Notes: generated by a model not told the origin, from the sequence alone. 64,000 nt of DNA from Octopus sinensis (GCF_006345805.1 NC_043001.1:4526001-4590000); one strand, 5' to 3'. Positions 11,800 to 26,349 are shown, numbered from the stretch's first letter. Made by a program: numbers and translations.

Positions 11800-12396
11800 G
11801 TAAAAAAGTCAATAGACAACATATTTGTCATATAAATTAGTGTACATTTCTATACACAGAAGAGGTGACCTCGACAGGACACCTTACATGCTAAAACGAA
11901 CAGTTAAAGCCCAAATCACGGATAAGAGTAATTTCAAAAGCATTTCCATAGTTACAACTCATACTCGAGTTTCGTCATCAATGAACATATAAAATAAATT
12001 GCCATCCATGTCTCTTCAGTAAAGACCCTGTATTTGATGTATTTTTGTGGAACTCTCAAGACACACATGTCTCATCTATATGCATAATATTTATTATTCA
12101 AATCCACCGCGCAAGCGCAGCTACATATTTTCATAGTAAAGTTTTTCGTAACTTTGAAAAACGGTGGTATGCAATTTTTATCTGCTGCTGATTGTAGCTG
12201 CGCTTGAAGCTAATACTCCACTATAATTTGTAACTATTGAATGTTTTTCTTAATCTCTTTGAAAATACTCTTATCCGTGGTTTGGATTTTAACTACCATT
12301 TTCAGTATGTAAGGTGTCCTGTCAAGTTCACCTTTTCTGTGTATAGAAATATACACTAATTTATATGAAAAATATGTTGTCTATTGACTTTATTAC
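11800..12396 (-). mobile_element. PLE-type fragment with about 96-bp inverted arms enclosing a hammerhead
   Basis: 11800-11896 (aaagtcaatagacaacatatt...gacaggacaccttacat) is roughly the reverse complement of 12299-12396, with several mismatches. Confidence 0.7.
11958..12023 (-). ncRNA. Type I hammerhead ribozyme motif, intact core
   Basis: uuua-CUGAAGA-GACAUGGAUGG...UUCAUUGAUGAC-GAAA-CUCGAG-UA-ugag; palindromic ACUCGAGU stem III; long imperfect stem II; weak 4-bp stem I. Confidence 0.72.
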
Positions 12397-12441
12397 GCAT
12401 TCTGGCAACCAGTAGAATATATCTCTAACTTTTCTACCCTT

Positions 12442-12505
<64 letters not shown>

Positions 12506-13383
12506 GGTTTATATATATAAAATTAAGTAATAAGAGTAGAAATTTATATTAATTGATATTTCTCTTCGTGGTAATGGAGATTTGACGTCTATGTTTAGCA
12601 TATTATGTGTCCACTTTTGTGGTCATTCCTCTTACTTTTGTATATATATATATATATTATATATATATATATATATAATATATATATATATTTTAGAGGT
12701 AACTCAGTTATGCCCATGCACTGTGACAAACAAGAGTCAATAATCTGAAGAGTCGTGTAAATGGGGAAGTTTTCCTTTTCCGATGGTTTGAGAGAGAAAA
12801 AATCAAAATATACAAAATGCGTGTATGCGTTCTAACACTCACATATTTCGGAGCAAATAAATAACTTCGTGAGCTGTGTTATTCTTACCCCCCATTGCAT
12901 TTATGCCTTTTGAATTTCGTGTAAAGAGAGGATAAAATAAGCACATTAGAAATTCCGTAATTCTAACTAAATAGCATGTACATTGTGCCTTTTCATTGCA
13001 AATAAATCTAATTGCTAAAAGAAGCAACAGATGTAAGAATATCACGCGTTTGATCGACAATTCTGTTCTGTGCAATTTACAGCGGTTCTTCACCGATAGC
13101 TGAGTGTGAATGTGGGTGGCTTGTGGATAACATAGGGCGAAGGCAAAAAACATGACACAACCCTGTTTATGTCCGATGTGAGATAAATACGCATGGTTGA
13201 GAGAGACAGTATTAAAAAAAATGATTAAAGATTACATATCGAGCTGATCTTTGTCCCGAATCAGAGAGGATAACGCACAGAGCCATTATTTAATTCTGTG
13301 AAGTAGAACAAACTTTTAAAAAAAACTGTAAAATCCAGAAGTAAAATACATACGCGCACATTGATAATTTGCATATAACTTTC

Positions 13384-13500
13384 ATGATGATGGTGGTTCT
13401 AAGGATTATAATGATGATGATGATTATGATGATGGTAACAACGATGATGACGCCTATGATGGAGATAATCATCATGATCATTATCATGAGGATGAAGAGG
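13384..13500 (+). repeat. Degenerate (ATG)n microsatellite
   Basis: Direct inspection. Confidence 0.8.
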
Positions 13501-15738
13501 ATATTAATAACGATAAGCATAATAACAATCCATTTGAACAAAAATTGACTGCAATTAGAAGAAGCAGATGCTATTTTCATGTAGCCGCAAAATTGGACTT
13601 GAATTTGAAATCTTTTGCAAGTATTCCATATTATACAGCATTGTAACTTTAAGAGACAAACGTTACTGAATGTTTTTTTTTCCTTCCTTTGTGAATTCAG
13701 ACACGTAAATATTTATATTGGATATCTGTTTAAAGTTTAAAACACTTCATTTATGATTTCGCCTTATTAATCAACGTACATGAATAATCTAATGGCAGAC
13801 TAAGATAAATAAACGCAACGACTATAAAATAACAAGTCTACATTCCTACTATACTAAAGTATTGACTGCACATTAAGTAGTTTTATAAAGGAAAGGTTTT
13901 CTGATGTGTTAATGATTTCCCCATCAGTTTTTAGACAAACATCCCACTCATGGAACAAAATTGATCTAAAATATTTTAATACGTTTCTTTAATGTTAAAT
14001 ATACATGTTGAACAGGTGTTCAAATATAAAAATAATATAATGAAAACGTTTTAAATTCCCATAAATATATCTAAAACGACATCAATGAGAAGAGAGAAAA
14101 TGAAAGTAATTTAAAATAATGCATTAGTATCATATTAAATCATTATAAAATATTAACAAACGTGTAATGTTTTGTGCGAAAAATAATTCATCACTTGTCT
14201 AGGGCATAAATGCATAATAAAATATTAATAATTTCTCATAAAAAAGGAAATGGAAGATAGAAAATACGTTTCTAAAAGTAGAACTATATTAAGAAACAAC
14301 AAATAAGTCCATTCAAGTGTTCGGTTTATCAGCTGTGCATCAATTCACTTGCTTCTCTTAAAATACAAATGAACACATGTGGCAAATAGATAGAAACGAT
14401 AGCAGGATGGTCAGGGATTGAATGATTTACTTTTGCTGAACTCGATGATCGAGATAGATCAAGAATTAAATAGCAACTGATTATATTATTAGTGCAAGAT
14501 AGAAAAGAGAGCTAGGCACGAATGCCAAGCACATAATTTTGATGGAACGCGTAAATATTCGTTCTTTCATTATGAATCTGAAAACCACATTGTGGCTTTA
14601 GTATTATGTTAGATGTCCATCATTAGAATATATAGACTAGATGTGGCCAATTCTTGTTTTACTACCTGTGCTATACCCACATCATAGCATAGTTGTTTCA
14701 CACTGATAAAGAATTTCCGAGGGTTTTTCCCGCTTCATTCAATGGTCTTTGATTAAAGAATCTTTCAAGTTGCTTTTTTTAAAAAAATGAAACGTCTGTT
14801 TTCTGTGTTCTCTCCTCCTTTTGTGGTCATAGTTGCCGGTTACAGCTATTGCTATCACGTTGATTGCAGGGCTACATTGTTCTCTTTACATTACTAGGTG
14901 CAACCATTGCCGATGTTTTGAGGTATACTGATTACTGTCTATTTGGATTTCTTAAAATTCATTTATATTCTTGTTTTGTTAGATTTTCCTTTATAGGGAA
15001 TAATTTTCCTGTTTCATTCATTTTCATCATCCTTGGCCACTCGTCGATTAATCTACATTTCTGTAGAGGAAAATTGGAAGAGATACGATGGAAGATCCGA
15101 TCTCTTTGTCCATATTCATGCTACCATATTTGGTTGTGCTGTTTATGCTATAGTATATCAAGTCTAAATTTTTAACCATCGAAAACACACATTTGTGACA
15201 TCTTGGGATGGCTTAAATTTATCCTTGTCCATATTGAAATATCGGAGAAGAACTGAAAGATATTTGTACATCTGCCGTAACTGCTGACCCGACACCGTCT
15301 GTGATATTCGAAATGACGTTCCATTTACTCACTAGCACTGAGGAGCGAAACTTCCTTAAAAATTTGAATCAGAGCTAGAAGTAATTTAGCGGTCCTACTG
15401 CAATTGGAACGTAGGTGGCTGCTAAGGAGAAGTTATGTCCGTCTCTGCTAATTACGTTCACCATCACCTACTTAAAATCTTCCTTCCATAAGAAGCCTTG
15501 TATTGCGTGATCGAGACACATCCAAATAAACAAAAAGCATGACCTCCTCTTCCAGATGGTTTTACAGATATTATTCTCAGTAAAGGCCACCAATATTTGG
15601 AAGTCGTTAAACCAGAGGCGTTGCTACCAAAGGCATTACCAACCACGGGTCTTAATACTTCGCATTCTGACCAGCACCATATATAATCGCATCTGATTGT
15701 CTGATCCATAAGTTTGTTCTGTCAGCTACACAGAACTC

Positions 15739-16126
15739 TACGAGGGGGTACCGCAAAGAAACAGGAATTTTGCTACCTTTTTTTACTCAGTTTTATACGT
15801 TTACACTTTTATTGACTTCGACGTATTCTCCATTTCAAGCAATGTTCGATGCAATGCTGGCGCTCTTGCGAAGTGATGTATTTTCCTGCCCCCGCCGTTT
15901 TTTGCCAAACCTCTTCCATGTCTGCTACTTCCGTAGCAACAGGTTTCGTCACCAGTTATGACCTTTGTAAAAATAACACTGCGAAGCAAAGAATACACTC
16001 GCCGATGCCGGTCGGCATACTGATGAATGACGGTCGCATGAAGTGGCTTCTAGCGTCGGAAATTTGAACTGCAAAGGGCTTGTCCCACAGGGAACGCTTC
16101 CGTTTACTTCTGGGTTTCCCTTCGTA
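15739..16126 (-). mobile_element. Mariner-type deletion derivative
   Basis: Ends TA-cgagggg... and ...cccttcg-TA; the minus strand encodes VITGDET and C-terminal NGEYVE. Confidence 0.8.
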
Positions 16127-16164
16127 CACCTAAACACACACACAAACAAATTCACACGCTTACC

Positions 16165-16195
<31 letters not shown>

Positions 16196-16316
16196 ACATA
16201 TATTATATAATATATATATCTGCGTGTGTGTGTGTGTGTTTAGAGTGTTTAAAATTATGTACAGTTATAGTATATTAAGAAAACGGATGCAAGCAGAATT
16301 TTGGCAACTTGTTTAA

Positions 16317-16349
16317 TAGCGCTTTCATCAGTTCAATAGGATTCTTCAG
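16317..16349 (-). ncRNA. Candidate minimal hammerhead motif (core intact, stem I not evident)
   Basis: CUGAAGA-AUC cuauugaacu GAU-GAAA-GCGC-UA with palindromic AGCGCU; the flanks do not pair well. Confidence 0.45.
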
Positions 16350-16689
16350 ATATTTTGTACAGAAGATTTCATTCCCTTATATACAAATGGAAAAGAGGAT
16401 CTTGTTTCGTTTTGTTTAGAATAGGAGAAAGATGGAGAAAGAGCGAGAGATGCAGGTAGAAGCAGAAAGATGAAAAAGACAACATGAAAGAAAAAATGAA
16501 AGGGAAACAGTTAAAGTGAGAAATTAGGATTATTTTAATTAGGAGTCCAATGTGGGTCATATATCTGCATGTGTATATATAAACTTTTTTCCGAATGAGA
16601 TAAAAAACGAAGGCTGTGAAGATCTTGGTTTTTTATCTCATTCTGAAAAGAATTATTATATATATAGAGTGCACACATCAACAATAAGG

Positions 16690-17390
16690 TCGATATAGCT
16701 CGTAGGATGAGTTCCGGGATCTTAAGAACTTTCCGGTCCAGAGATCAAGGTGTCATCATACCACTTTTCTCCTCCTTCGTACGGCCACACCTCGAATACC
16801 GCTGCCCACTGTGTTCTCCCCATACAACACAAGACAACTCGAGGATTGAATCACTCCAGAGGGCACTCACTAAACGAATTGAAGGCATGGCTGCTCTCGA
16901 TTATTGGGATAACCTTAAAGCCTTGAAACTCTACTCTCTCCAGCGTGGAAGTGAGCGGTACATCATTTGTACGATGTGGAGAATATACCGCCAACTTTGC
17001 CCAAATGACCTGAACATTAGCTTCAAGGTTCATCCAAGACTGGGACCACGGCCCATACGTCCCCTGCCCAATTCAAGATCACAGCATACGTGTACACTGC
17101 AACATAATTTCATTTCCTCAACAGGCCCTGCCCTATTTAACTTTATCCCGAAAGAGATCAAAAAGGAAAGGATCCCATCAACTTTAAACGGAGTCTGGAT
17201 AGATTCCTTCAAGGAATACCAGATAAGCCACCCATAATTGGATACAACTCACCCAACAAAAACTCACTACTTGAATGGACCATAAACAAAACTTGACTTA
17301 AACAGGATTCAGATAATCCTATCAGGTGGTGATATTAAGTTAGACATGGCCTGGACCAATATTTGGTCGAAATATAACTAAGTTTATCTA
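16690..17390 (+). mobile_element. CR1/L2-type LINE 3' fragment (older copy)
   Basis: ORF 16707-17237 (VRPHLEYRCPLCSP, LKLYSLQR) is homologous to the end of ORF2 at 47161-47761; shares the 3' UTR caggtggtg.tattaagttagacatggcctgg. Confidence 0.9.
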
Positions 17391-17391
17391 C

Positions 17392-17427
<36 letters not shown>

Positions 17428-17479
17428 CGTTTTTGGATTTGGTTATATATATATACTTGGTTACACACACACACACACA

Positions 17480-17566
<87 letters not shown>

Positions 17567-17813
17567 TTGGTTAAGTCCTTAAATAGTAAAACAATAAGGT
17601 CCGGGGACTGAGATCGACATGGAGTACAATGGACAACAAATAAGTAAGTACGGACTTACATTATAGTTCTATAGAGAATGAGTAACGTCCACCTCATCGC
17701 TACATTATGAGTACAAATGCTGCCCAAACTGTACAGCACGCAATAGATTTCATATCTACGCGAAGGTTTCAAGTATGGTAAATAATAAACGAATAACAAA
17801 AGATGGATTGCGG

Positions 17814-17894
17814 CTCGCTACAGCTGTTTCAGGCGCATTTTTTATTGTTAAATATAATTATTACATCATGCCAAAAATTTGTTTATCAGGTGAA
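17814..17894 (-). ncRNA. Degenerate hammerhead-like motif
   Basis: uucac-CUGAUAA...GAAA-CAGCUG-UA-gcgag; G8 is replaced by A and stem II is poor. Confidence 0.35.
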
Positions 17895-18204
17895 TAAATG
17901 TTAGAATTAAACATGGCAAAACATTTTAATTCGAAAGCAAAATGCTATCTCGTAACTCACCGAACAATTTCCACTACAGAAGAAATGGCAAACATTTACA
18001 AGTAGCATAACACCTTAAACTTAACATCTTCTATCTTCTCCTTGTACCAAACCCCATCTCCCTTGTTTACGAAAAGACAACCAATAAAACAAACGCTTCT
18101 TCCGTAATAAATCCTGGTGCAACCAACATTTCACAAAAAAACACGAATCCATCAATAAACGCTAACATAAGAGAAACATCGATAGCAAAACAGAAATCAA
18201 CGAG

Positions 18205-18205
<1 letters not shown>

Positions 18206-18253
<48 letters not shown>

Positions 18254-18309
18254 TATTAATAATAATAATAATAATAATGATATTAATAATAATGATATTA
18301 ATAATAATA

Positions 18310-18359
<50 letters not shown>

Positions 18360-18410
18360 GTGATGATAAGGATGATGATAATAATAATAATATTAATAAT
18401 AATAGTGATG

Positions 18411-18447
<37 letters not shown>

Positions 18448-18490
18448 TATTAATAATAATAATAATAATGATATTAATAATAATGATATA

Positions 18491-18546
<56 letters not shown>

Positions 18547-18672
18547 GTGATGATAAGGATGATGATGATAATAATAATATTAATAATAATAGTGATGATA
18601 ATGATGATAATAATATTAATAATAATAATGTTGTTGATGATGATGACGATGATGATGATGATGATGATGATG
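18206..18672 (+). repeat. About 470-bp (AAT)n/(GAT)n compound microsatellite
   Basis: Direct inspection; it generates the poly-Ile and poly-Leu ORFs in the track. Confidence 0.97.
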
Positions 18673-20035
18673 ATAGGAAGAAGAACAAAGAGACTAAAAA
18701 CATCAAAGAAGAACAGTAGCAGAATTGATGGAAAGGAAATCTGGAAGCTGCCGAAGAAAAACAATAGCAGTATTCCATGAGTAGTTAATGTATCTAGATT
18801 AGAAAACAGCCCCAGGAAGAAATGTCATTAAACTCACTCATATTAAAATAAGATAACTAATTAAAGAAATCTTGAAGGGAAAATATGGAAAAGAATTTAA
18901 TTAATTAGACGTGGATTGGAATGTCTTACAATTGCACACAGAAAATGGTGAAAAAAAAAATTTAACAAAAGGAAAAGAGTAGACGAAATAAATGCAAATA
19001 AGGATATTTGCCAAGTGTGAAGCAAATATCAATGGAGAAGCATGGTAGGAAAAATTTCTCCCACAGAGTAAGACGTAAGAAGATAGTATATAATATTCCG
19101 CAGGGAACTAGATAGAAAGAAATTATATTTATGAAAACTCTCATGAAATGAGAATTATTAATTCTTGTTTTCTTTCAAAATCCCAGGAAATACAAAACAT
19201 TTCAACAACGTTAAATATATTAAACTTTGAAACGTGAGATATTTCCAATAATCTTTGGTAAGAACACTGATCAAATAATTCGTTGAGGATTTTGCAGAAA
19301 TTTCTATTTGGTCTCACTCTTGAAGAGAAGTATTTCGATTTTTTCCCATCCAGTAAAATTGTTCTTGGTTATGAGCGACGTTGCTCTGAAATGCAATGTT
19401 TTCTTTCCATTCTATGTAGCAACATGTCAATAACAAAATAATAATTACCCACACGTGCTATCTAAACAAACGAATTCAACCAATGAAGCCATCTTAAATA
19501 TTTTACCCATAAATATTAGATCCTTAGTACTGGGAGAACTTCAATTTTGCTAGGTAAACATGCGATGACACTGAAGATCGAATCCATTCTAAAAATGCAG
19601 TCGATGGGGCTGGACAATGCGATTAATATTTATTGCCTGTGATTATATATTATGAAGTCCATTTGATATTTTGTGGCCTCCATTTCATCCATATTCTAAA
19701 TACACATTCCAAACCTCACTGAAGAATTTTGATACCGACTCCGGCACACGGGAAATGAAAGAGATAATTTAGAGAATGATTATGTGTTTGTGCGGTGATA
19801 AAACTGCCTATATAACAAAGTAATTACTGTGAATTTAGAAAATCGTTACCAGCAATTGATAATAGTGCACATACATCCATTACTAAACTTTTCCTCTTAT
19901 CATGTATATAAGATTCTACATGAAGGAAAATAATTTTGTTGATGGAATATCTTAATGCAAATTCAGACAATAATACTCATACAGAAACACCTCTATATAG
20001 GTATGAGCTCATGCCTTATATACATGGATACATCC

Positions 20036-20110
<75 letters not shown>

Positions 20111-20127
20111 GTATATATATGTATATA

Positions 20128-20206
<79 letters not shown>

Positions 20207-20602
20207 AGATAAATAGATAGATAGATAGAGAACAAGAATGAGGCACGCACAGAAAACGATACATAGGTAGGACGATAGACAGAAACAGAAAGAGATATGA
20301 CCTTAAGGTTGTGAGTTTGATACACGATGCTGCGTCGTGTATTATAAGTTGCTCAATCCACTGAATAGGCAAGCATTAGTGTACGAGTATTTCCGATTCA
20401 GTGTCACGTTGTGCCTATATGTATAGTATATAGAATATATATTATATATATATATATATATATTATATATAGATGTATGTATATACATACATCTATGTTT
20501 TCCGAGAGTCAAGCGCTTGCTAGTTATTCAAGCACCCGTCTTCGTGTGTTGATTGTCCATGAATTTCAACTACATGTGTGTGTGTGTGGGGGGGGGGGGC
20601 TG

Positions 20603-21260
20603 AGCGTTTCATGATCTGACTAAGACAGTATTTAAGCAATTGAGGTTTATTTTTCAACTTTGACCCCGTTTTGCTCCACATATTTCTTTTATCGGTGTTA
20701 CAGTGCTCCGATCCCTTCGGTGAAGAAGCTTTAATACTGATTTTCAAACATACCATAAACAACAGATTTGAAGTCATCACCACTGCGATTCTGGTCCCCA
20801 GCTAAGTGGTTTTTCATGTTGGAGAACAGATGATAGTCGAATTGGATTAAATTATGGGATCAACAAGTTCTAAGACAGTCACGCCATTCTAACCAAGGAG
20901 AAATATTGTTAAATTCTGTTGTGAAGTTTGCATCATGCATTTGACTGGGGATTCATGTGAATAAGAATCATAGGTAGTGTTTTATTCTTGTCAAAGGTGA
21001 CGTGAGCATCTTTTGAAAATATCTATGTCTTCTATCCTTGAAAAAATATCTTCGACTTTACCATCGAAAATGGATTTTAAAAGGAATTTCATTTTTCTGA
21101 ACAAGCAAAGCCTAAATATCGGAATGTAGTTTGAAGTGACAAACGTCAAATTTGAAGTCGCCTTCCACAGTTTGGCGAGGGATAAGTTTGCAGTTTCTTG
21201 CAGATCCTTAGAGGGGGAAATTTTAATGGAAGGTGCAACTAGTGGAACGTACATGCGAAA
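20603..21260 (-). pseudogene. Highly degenerate mariner transposase remnant
   Basis: The minus strand gives DYHLFSNMKNHLAG (mariner third-D motif SDYHLF) and FFTEGIGAL*HR*KKYVEQNG. Confidence 0.65.
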
Positions 21261-22723
21261 AGAGCATGTTCAAACTTTCTGCGGTGGATAATGAACACCG
21301 CACTGTCATACAGGAGAAAAATTATAGATTATGCGTGAAACCTTTTTTTGACGATGAGATATTTGCTGTCGATTAACACGTGTGGTCTACTGCAGTAACG
21401 ATTAAGTCTCTCATTTCGAGAATTTGCAATATATTAAATTATTTCTGCAGATGCTACGTTGGACAAAACACCTGATATGTATTTCATTTTCATCTTTGGT
21501 ATCACTACACAATGGTATACACGTATTGTGCTGTTTACTTCATATTTCTTACCGTTACATTCACTCTGGCATTCTGACATACACACGAAATTGTGTACGA
21601 TATATATCATTCAGTTTGATGGTGGTCATTTCATGTGGATAATATTAGCCATGTAATATAATTATACTTTATTCTGTGTCACATTTTGCAATAAGAATTC
21701 CACAGGAACCTTTTCTATTTGGGATATATCATGGGATTCAATAGTTATAATGGGAGGGAAATATTTCAAGATTTGTTGAAGAACATCTAAAAGCAGTTGT
21801 GCTATTTTCCTGATCTCATTGATTGAGTATAACACTTATTTATGTTTTCCCTCGTCTTGCTACTTCGGTAATTTTCGGAGATTTTAGAATTACATTTGAT
21901 GAATATTTAGTGGCAATTTCTCCTATAATGTTTACTTGAATAGTTACTTCAGCCTTCGCCCTGCATTGTGTTTACTTTTGAATGCCGAAACTATTTTCAT
22001 CACCGATTGCTTTCTCTTGTAGCAAAAGAGTAATGCATTAGTCATATTATCGCAATCAGAAAAATAGTACGTGCTCTTGTTACATGTTCAGTGAATGGTT
22101 GTCAAAAGATCTCGCATAAATTACTAAAATATTTTGAGTACATGTGAGTTAAAATCTATGTTATTTTCATGATATGGGGGATTTGTGAAAACACAGCATG
22201 AAATTTCAAAAAAAGAAGAAAAAAACGTAACTGCAGTATTCACTAGCTACATTGCATTTTTATTAGCTTGTTATGAATCAATAGACACAGTTCTATTCCA
22301 AAGAGGTAACTTGATTTTACAGTGGACTGAATAATTATCATATAAAACCAAATCATTGAATATCGCTAGAGATCAATTGGGCATTAAGTGGTATCGCTGA
22401 TCAATATTGGACTGCACTAATAGCTAGGTATTAAACTAGTACATCGATTATCACATCACTCTATTTCTTCTTGACATATTAATAAGCAAAGCAATTGAGG
22501 AGAACAGAAGTATTATCCCCGGCAGCATTCTAGAAGAAATCGATAGCAAACATACAATATTATATAGGACTTTATGGAATCTTTTAATGAACAAGCATTG
22601 GACAGTAAATGAAGAATATCTAGCACAATATTTAGTACCGAACGATATACCATACACATAACCTTATATGGTACAAGTAAGCCATAAGATATGTATATGA
22701 TATTATGTTTCACATGTGTAATG

Positions 22724-22773
<50 letters not shown>

Positions 22774-22790
22774 GTATGTATATACACACA

Positions 22791-23885
22791 CAGGGCTTGG
22801 ACAATTAATAGCAACACCTAACATCATAGTATCATAATTCGGAAATATCTATAAAACCGTCAAAGTCTTGCTTATTTTTATGTTTTTTTTATTTATTGTT
22901 AGTGTAGTTTTATATATTTTGCTAAAATTCCTATTTCTCTTTAGATATCATCAGATAAGGGTAATTAAAATTCATTAAAATGACAGATCTATCGGATTTT
23001 CAAAGAGGTCAATTTGTTGGTGCTCGTATGACTGGCATTAGCGTAATGAAAGCAGCGAAAATGTTTGGTGTATCAAAGAAGTGCTGTCTCGAAAGTAATG
23101 ACTGCCTTTGAGAAAGTGGGAAAAACCTCCTCGTCGAAACAACAAAACTCCAGAAGAAAACGAAAACTTTCAGATAGGGCCCGTCGGACACTTACGCGAA
23201 TTGTTAGAAAGGATCACAAAAGTACAGTTCTCAAAATGACTGCAGACATTATTGACCACCTTCAGAACCCAGTTTCCCCAACAGCTGTTTGCCGCGAGCT
23301 GCACAAAACCAGATTTCATGGCAGGGTTGCAATGAGAAGAAAACAACACTACTTTCAAAAACAAACGTTGCAAAGCGTTTAGAGAGGAGTAAAAACATAC
23401 AAAATTGGTCCCTAGTGCAGTGGAAGTATGTTATTTTCGAGTCATCCTTTACCTTATTTCCGACCATTGGCCGAGTATACGTGTGGGTAGCCAAAAGAAG
23501 CATTTGACCCGGACTGCCTTATTACAACTGTTAAACATGGAGGAAGATATGTGGTGATCTCGTGGCGGGCTATATCTTGGAACTCCACCGGCCCAAAGGT
23601 TTCCCCCCATGGCAGAATTAATAATCAAGACTATTTAAGCATTTTATCTGATCAAATTCATATTATCGTTGCGGAACTGTTCCCGGGGGGAAAATGTAAT
23701 CTTTCAGGAAGACAATGCAGTAATTCACACAGCTAAAGTTGGTACTGAATGGTACGAAGAAACTTCTAGTGAAGCTGAACATCGTATCTGGCCACCACAG
23801 CCCCCAGATCTCAATATTATTGAACATTTATGGTGCATATTACAAAAACAAGAAAGAAGTCGATATCATCCACTATATTCACTAG
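22791..23885 (+). mobile_element. Tc1-like element, DD36E spacing, frameshifted and 3'-truncated
   Basis: Left TIR-like cagggcttggacaattaatagcaacacc; ATG at 22980 (MTDLSDFQRGQ); FQEDNAVIH...WPPQPPDLNIIEHLW with 36 codons between D (23711) and E (23822); no right TIR found. Confidence 0.88.
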
Positions 23886-25064
23886 GACTAAATAACAGTA
23901 GCATTCGTCCCTTTCATGGGACTATCACATTAAGTTGACAGCGTATCATCACTCTACCTATATTAGAAATATATCATTCATATGTGTTTGTGTTTGTGTA
24001 TCTTGGTGTCTGTGTCTTTTTGTAAGTGTTTGTCCCCACCAACACCACAACCAACTCAACCACAACGTCCACTACTTGAATACATAAGAGTATATATTGA
24101 GATTTTGTTATAATGTAGCATAATATATTTCTAATTATTGACTAAATCAATAAGTAACGTGGAGATCGTCTTATTATATGTAGGTAGAGCCTATTACGCT
24201 ATATGAAGAAAAAACGCACTATTTGTATTTATTATTGGTAGCTCTTTTTCTTTTTTGCTAATATCAGAACTATTAATAGTGATAGCAAGTGTTGGTATTT
24301 AAAGATAATTTAACAAATATGAATTTTAATATAATTTAATTTACTCTGAATATAAGAAAGAAATAACGCACGTGCAATGAATTTACAGGTAAGGCGATAT
24401 CATTTTTAGATATTACGAAAGAATAGAAATTGAATGATTGTTGGAATATAACAAATTATATACATTACGAATATGTTAGAAATAAGTCTATTTAGGCAAG
24501 ATATATATTTTATATTGTATAAAATTATAGATATCAATGCTGGTTATAATAAGAATCTAATTAATTCAGTTTCAAATTTACTAAAAATATGTATGGTTAA
24601 TAAGAAGCCAAAACATTCGTGATATCAATAATTAAAGGATGATTTATGATATTTATAATACAGATGTTTAGGAGTGTGTACGCAAGCTGATAATATTATT
24701 TTTATTATTATTTTCTTTTATCTTTACTCACATCTATAACTCACGAGTTAAAGTCACACGCATAATATATATGATGAAACTTGTTAAACATATAAGTAAT
24801 TCTTCTGCATCATTTCAAGATATATGTTAACATTTGAGTCAGAGGTTCATAACGCCCTGAGATTCTGCCCACGACAGTCAAAACTAATGACAAATTCTTA
24901 GAAATGTGACCATACCCACATGCTTAGAAGTACTAATCACCAATGGTATTGAATCGAAACATATCTAGGTTTTTGTCATCTGCCATTTCTCTTACGGCGT
25001 TAAAAACTTATACGTTATTTGTAATATTTCATAAAAAAATCAATATCCTTATATCATACAGACA

Positions 25065-25110
<46 letters not shown>

Positions 25111-25232
25111 AGATAGACAGACACATAGATAGATATACATACATATACAAATATATATATATATATATACATATATACATATTTTATGTGTTTATGTGTA
25201 CATATAAGTAAATATACATATATATACTTACA

Positions 25233-25299
<67 letters not shown>

Positions 25300-25439
25300 G
25301 GGAGAGAGAGAGAGGGGGGAGAGAGAATAGTGGTAAAAACAAGGAACGAATATTTACAGGAAATAGCATTCGACGCTATATTAAATATTTACTGTGTGTA
25401 GAGGATTTTTTGTAGAAATACATAAATCAGGACGAGAGG

Positions 25440-26060
25440 CACGTGAACACATAAATCCGGAGAAGGGCAGTTATCATAATATTGGGGCAGGCTGGTCGGG
25501 GGGGGGCTTGGTTTCTCTTTCATACGGGGTTTAGACATACGGTGTATGTTCAGACCCCAAACAATGTTTAAATTATGTAGGGTGAGAAGCCTCGTTTTCA
25601 AAGAGTAAAACCCTAGGTGGTTATCTTACTTTGACATTGTCCCTCGATCTTCCGCCTCGGTGCTATCTTCTGGTCCCGAAAGCATCAAGAAAGTAAACGA
25701 TATTTCCGTTCGGTCTTGGGTATTGTTTTCCGGTTGTGGTGCCTCCAGCACGAGTTCCCTTAATTACAGGCATGGTTTGAAGATCTCCATCCTGGGTTTC
25801 TGGATGCCCCCTGGCATGACCGACACTTTGAGAATCCTTGTGCGTTCGGCAATTCATAACTTGCACCGTATCGTACCGTTTATGTAGGGACCTGGGTTCC
25901 GAAGCATTTTCTATGCGATTGAGTATTGAATTTCCTTGACTCGTAATTTTCACTCCCTTTACCGGACTCTGAAAGAGGACAGACTATTGGAAATACACTG
26001 TTTGAGAGAATACGCAGTGTACTCCACGTACTTCTGTGGGCGCATGATTTCGTTTCACCT
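25440..26060 (-). pseudogene. Possible degenerate PLE endonuclease remnant
   Basis: GC-richer island; only a weak C-terminal resemblance (LKTRLLTLHNLNIVWGLN) across broken frames. Confidence 0.25.
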
Positions 26061-26349
26061 GTTGCTGTTGTAGCTTCTTTTCTTATGAAATCGTGTTGTG
26101 AAAGTTAATTTGCTGTCTCTAGGGAGAGTTATTACGCTAATGATAATGAACAAAACACACACATATTAGCCAATTAGTCAATGAAAAACCTCTGAATGAA
26201 AGGCGGCGAGAGATGGATTATTACAAAGAAAATATTCTTCAGAATTTCAGCGTAAAATACGCGCACCACGTATTCATTTATTGCTATGCATAAAAAATTT
26301 GGACAAACCGCAAACTATTATACAGACATTTCACTATGCTTGTGGTCTA

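Noticed and set aside
15337-15356. CTGAGGAGCGAAAC, hammerhead-like
   Set aside because: No room for a stem II loop and no stem III or stem I pairing.
18197-18780. Long hydrophobic Ile/Leu ORFs resembling membrane proteins
   Set aside because: Products of the (AAT)n repeat.
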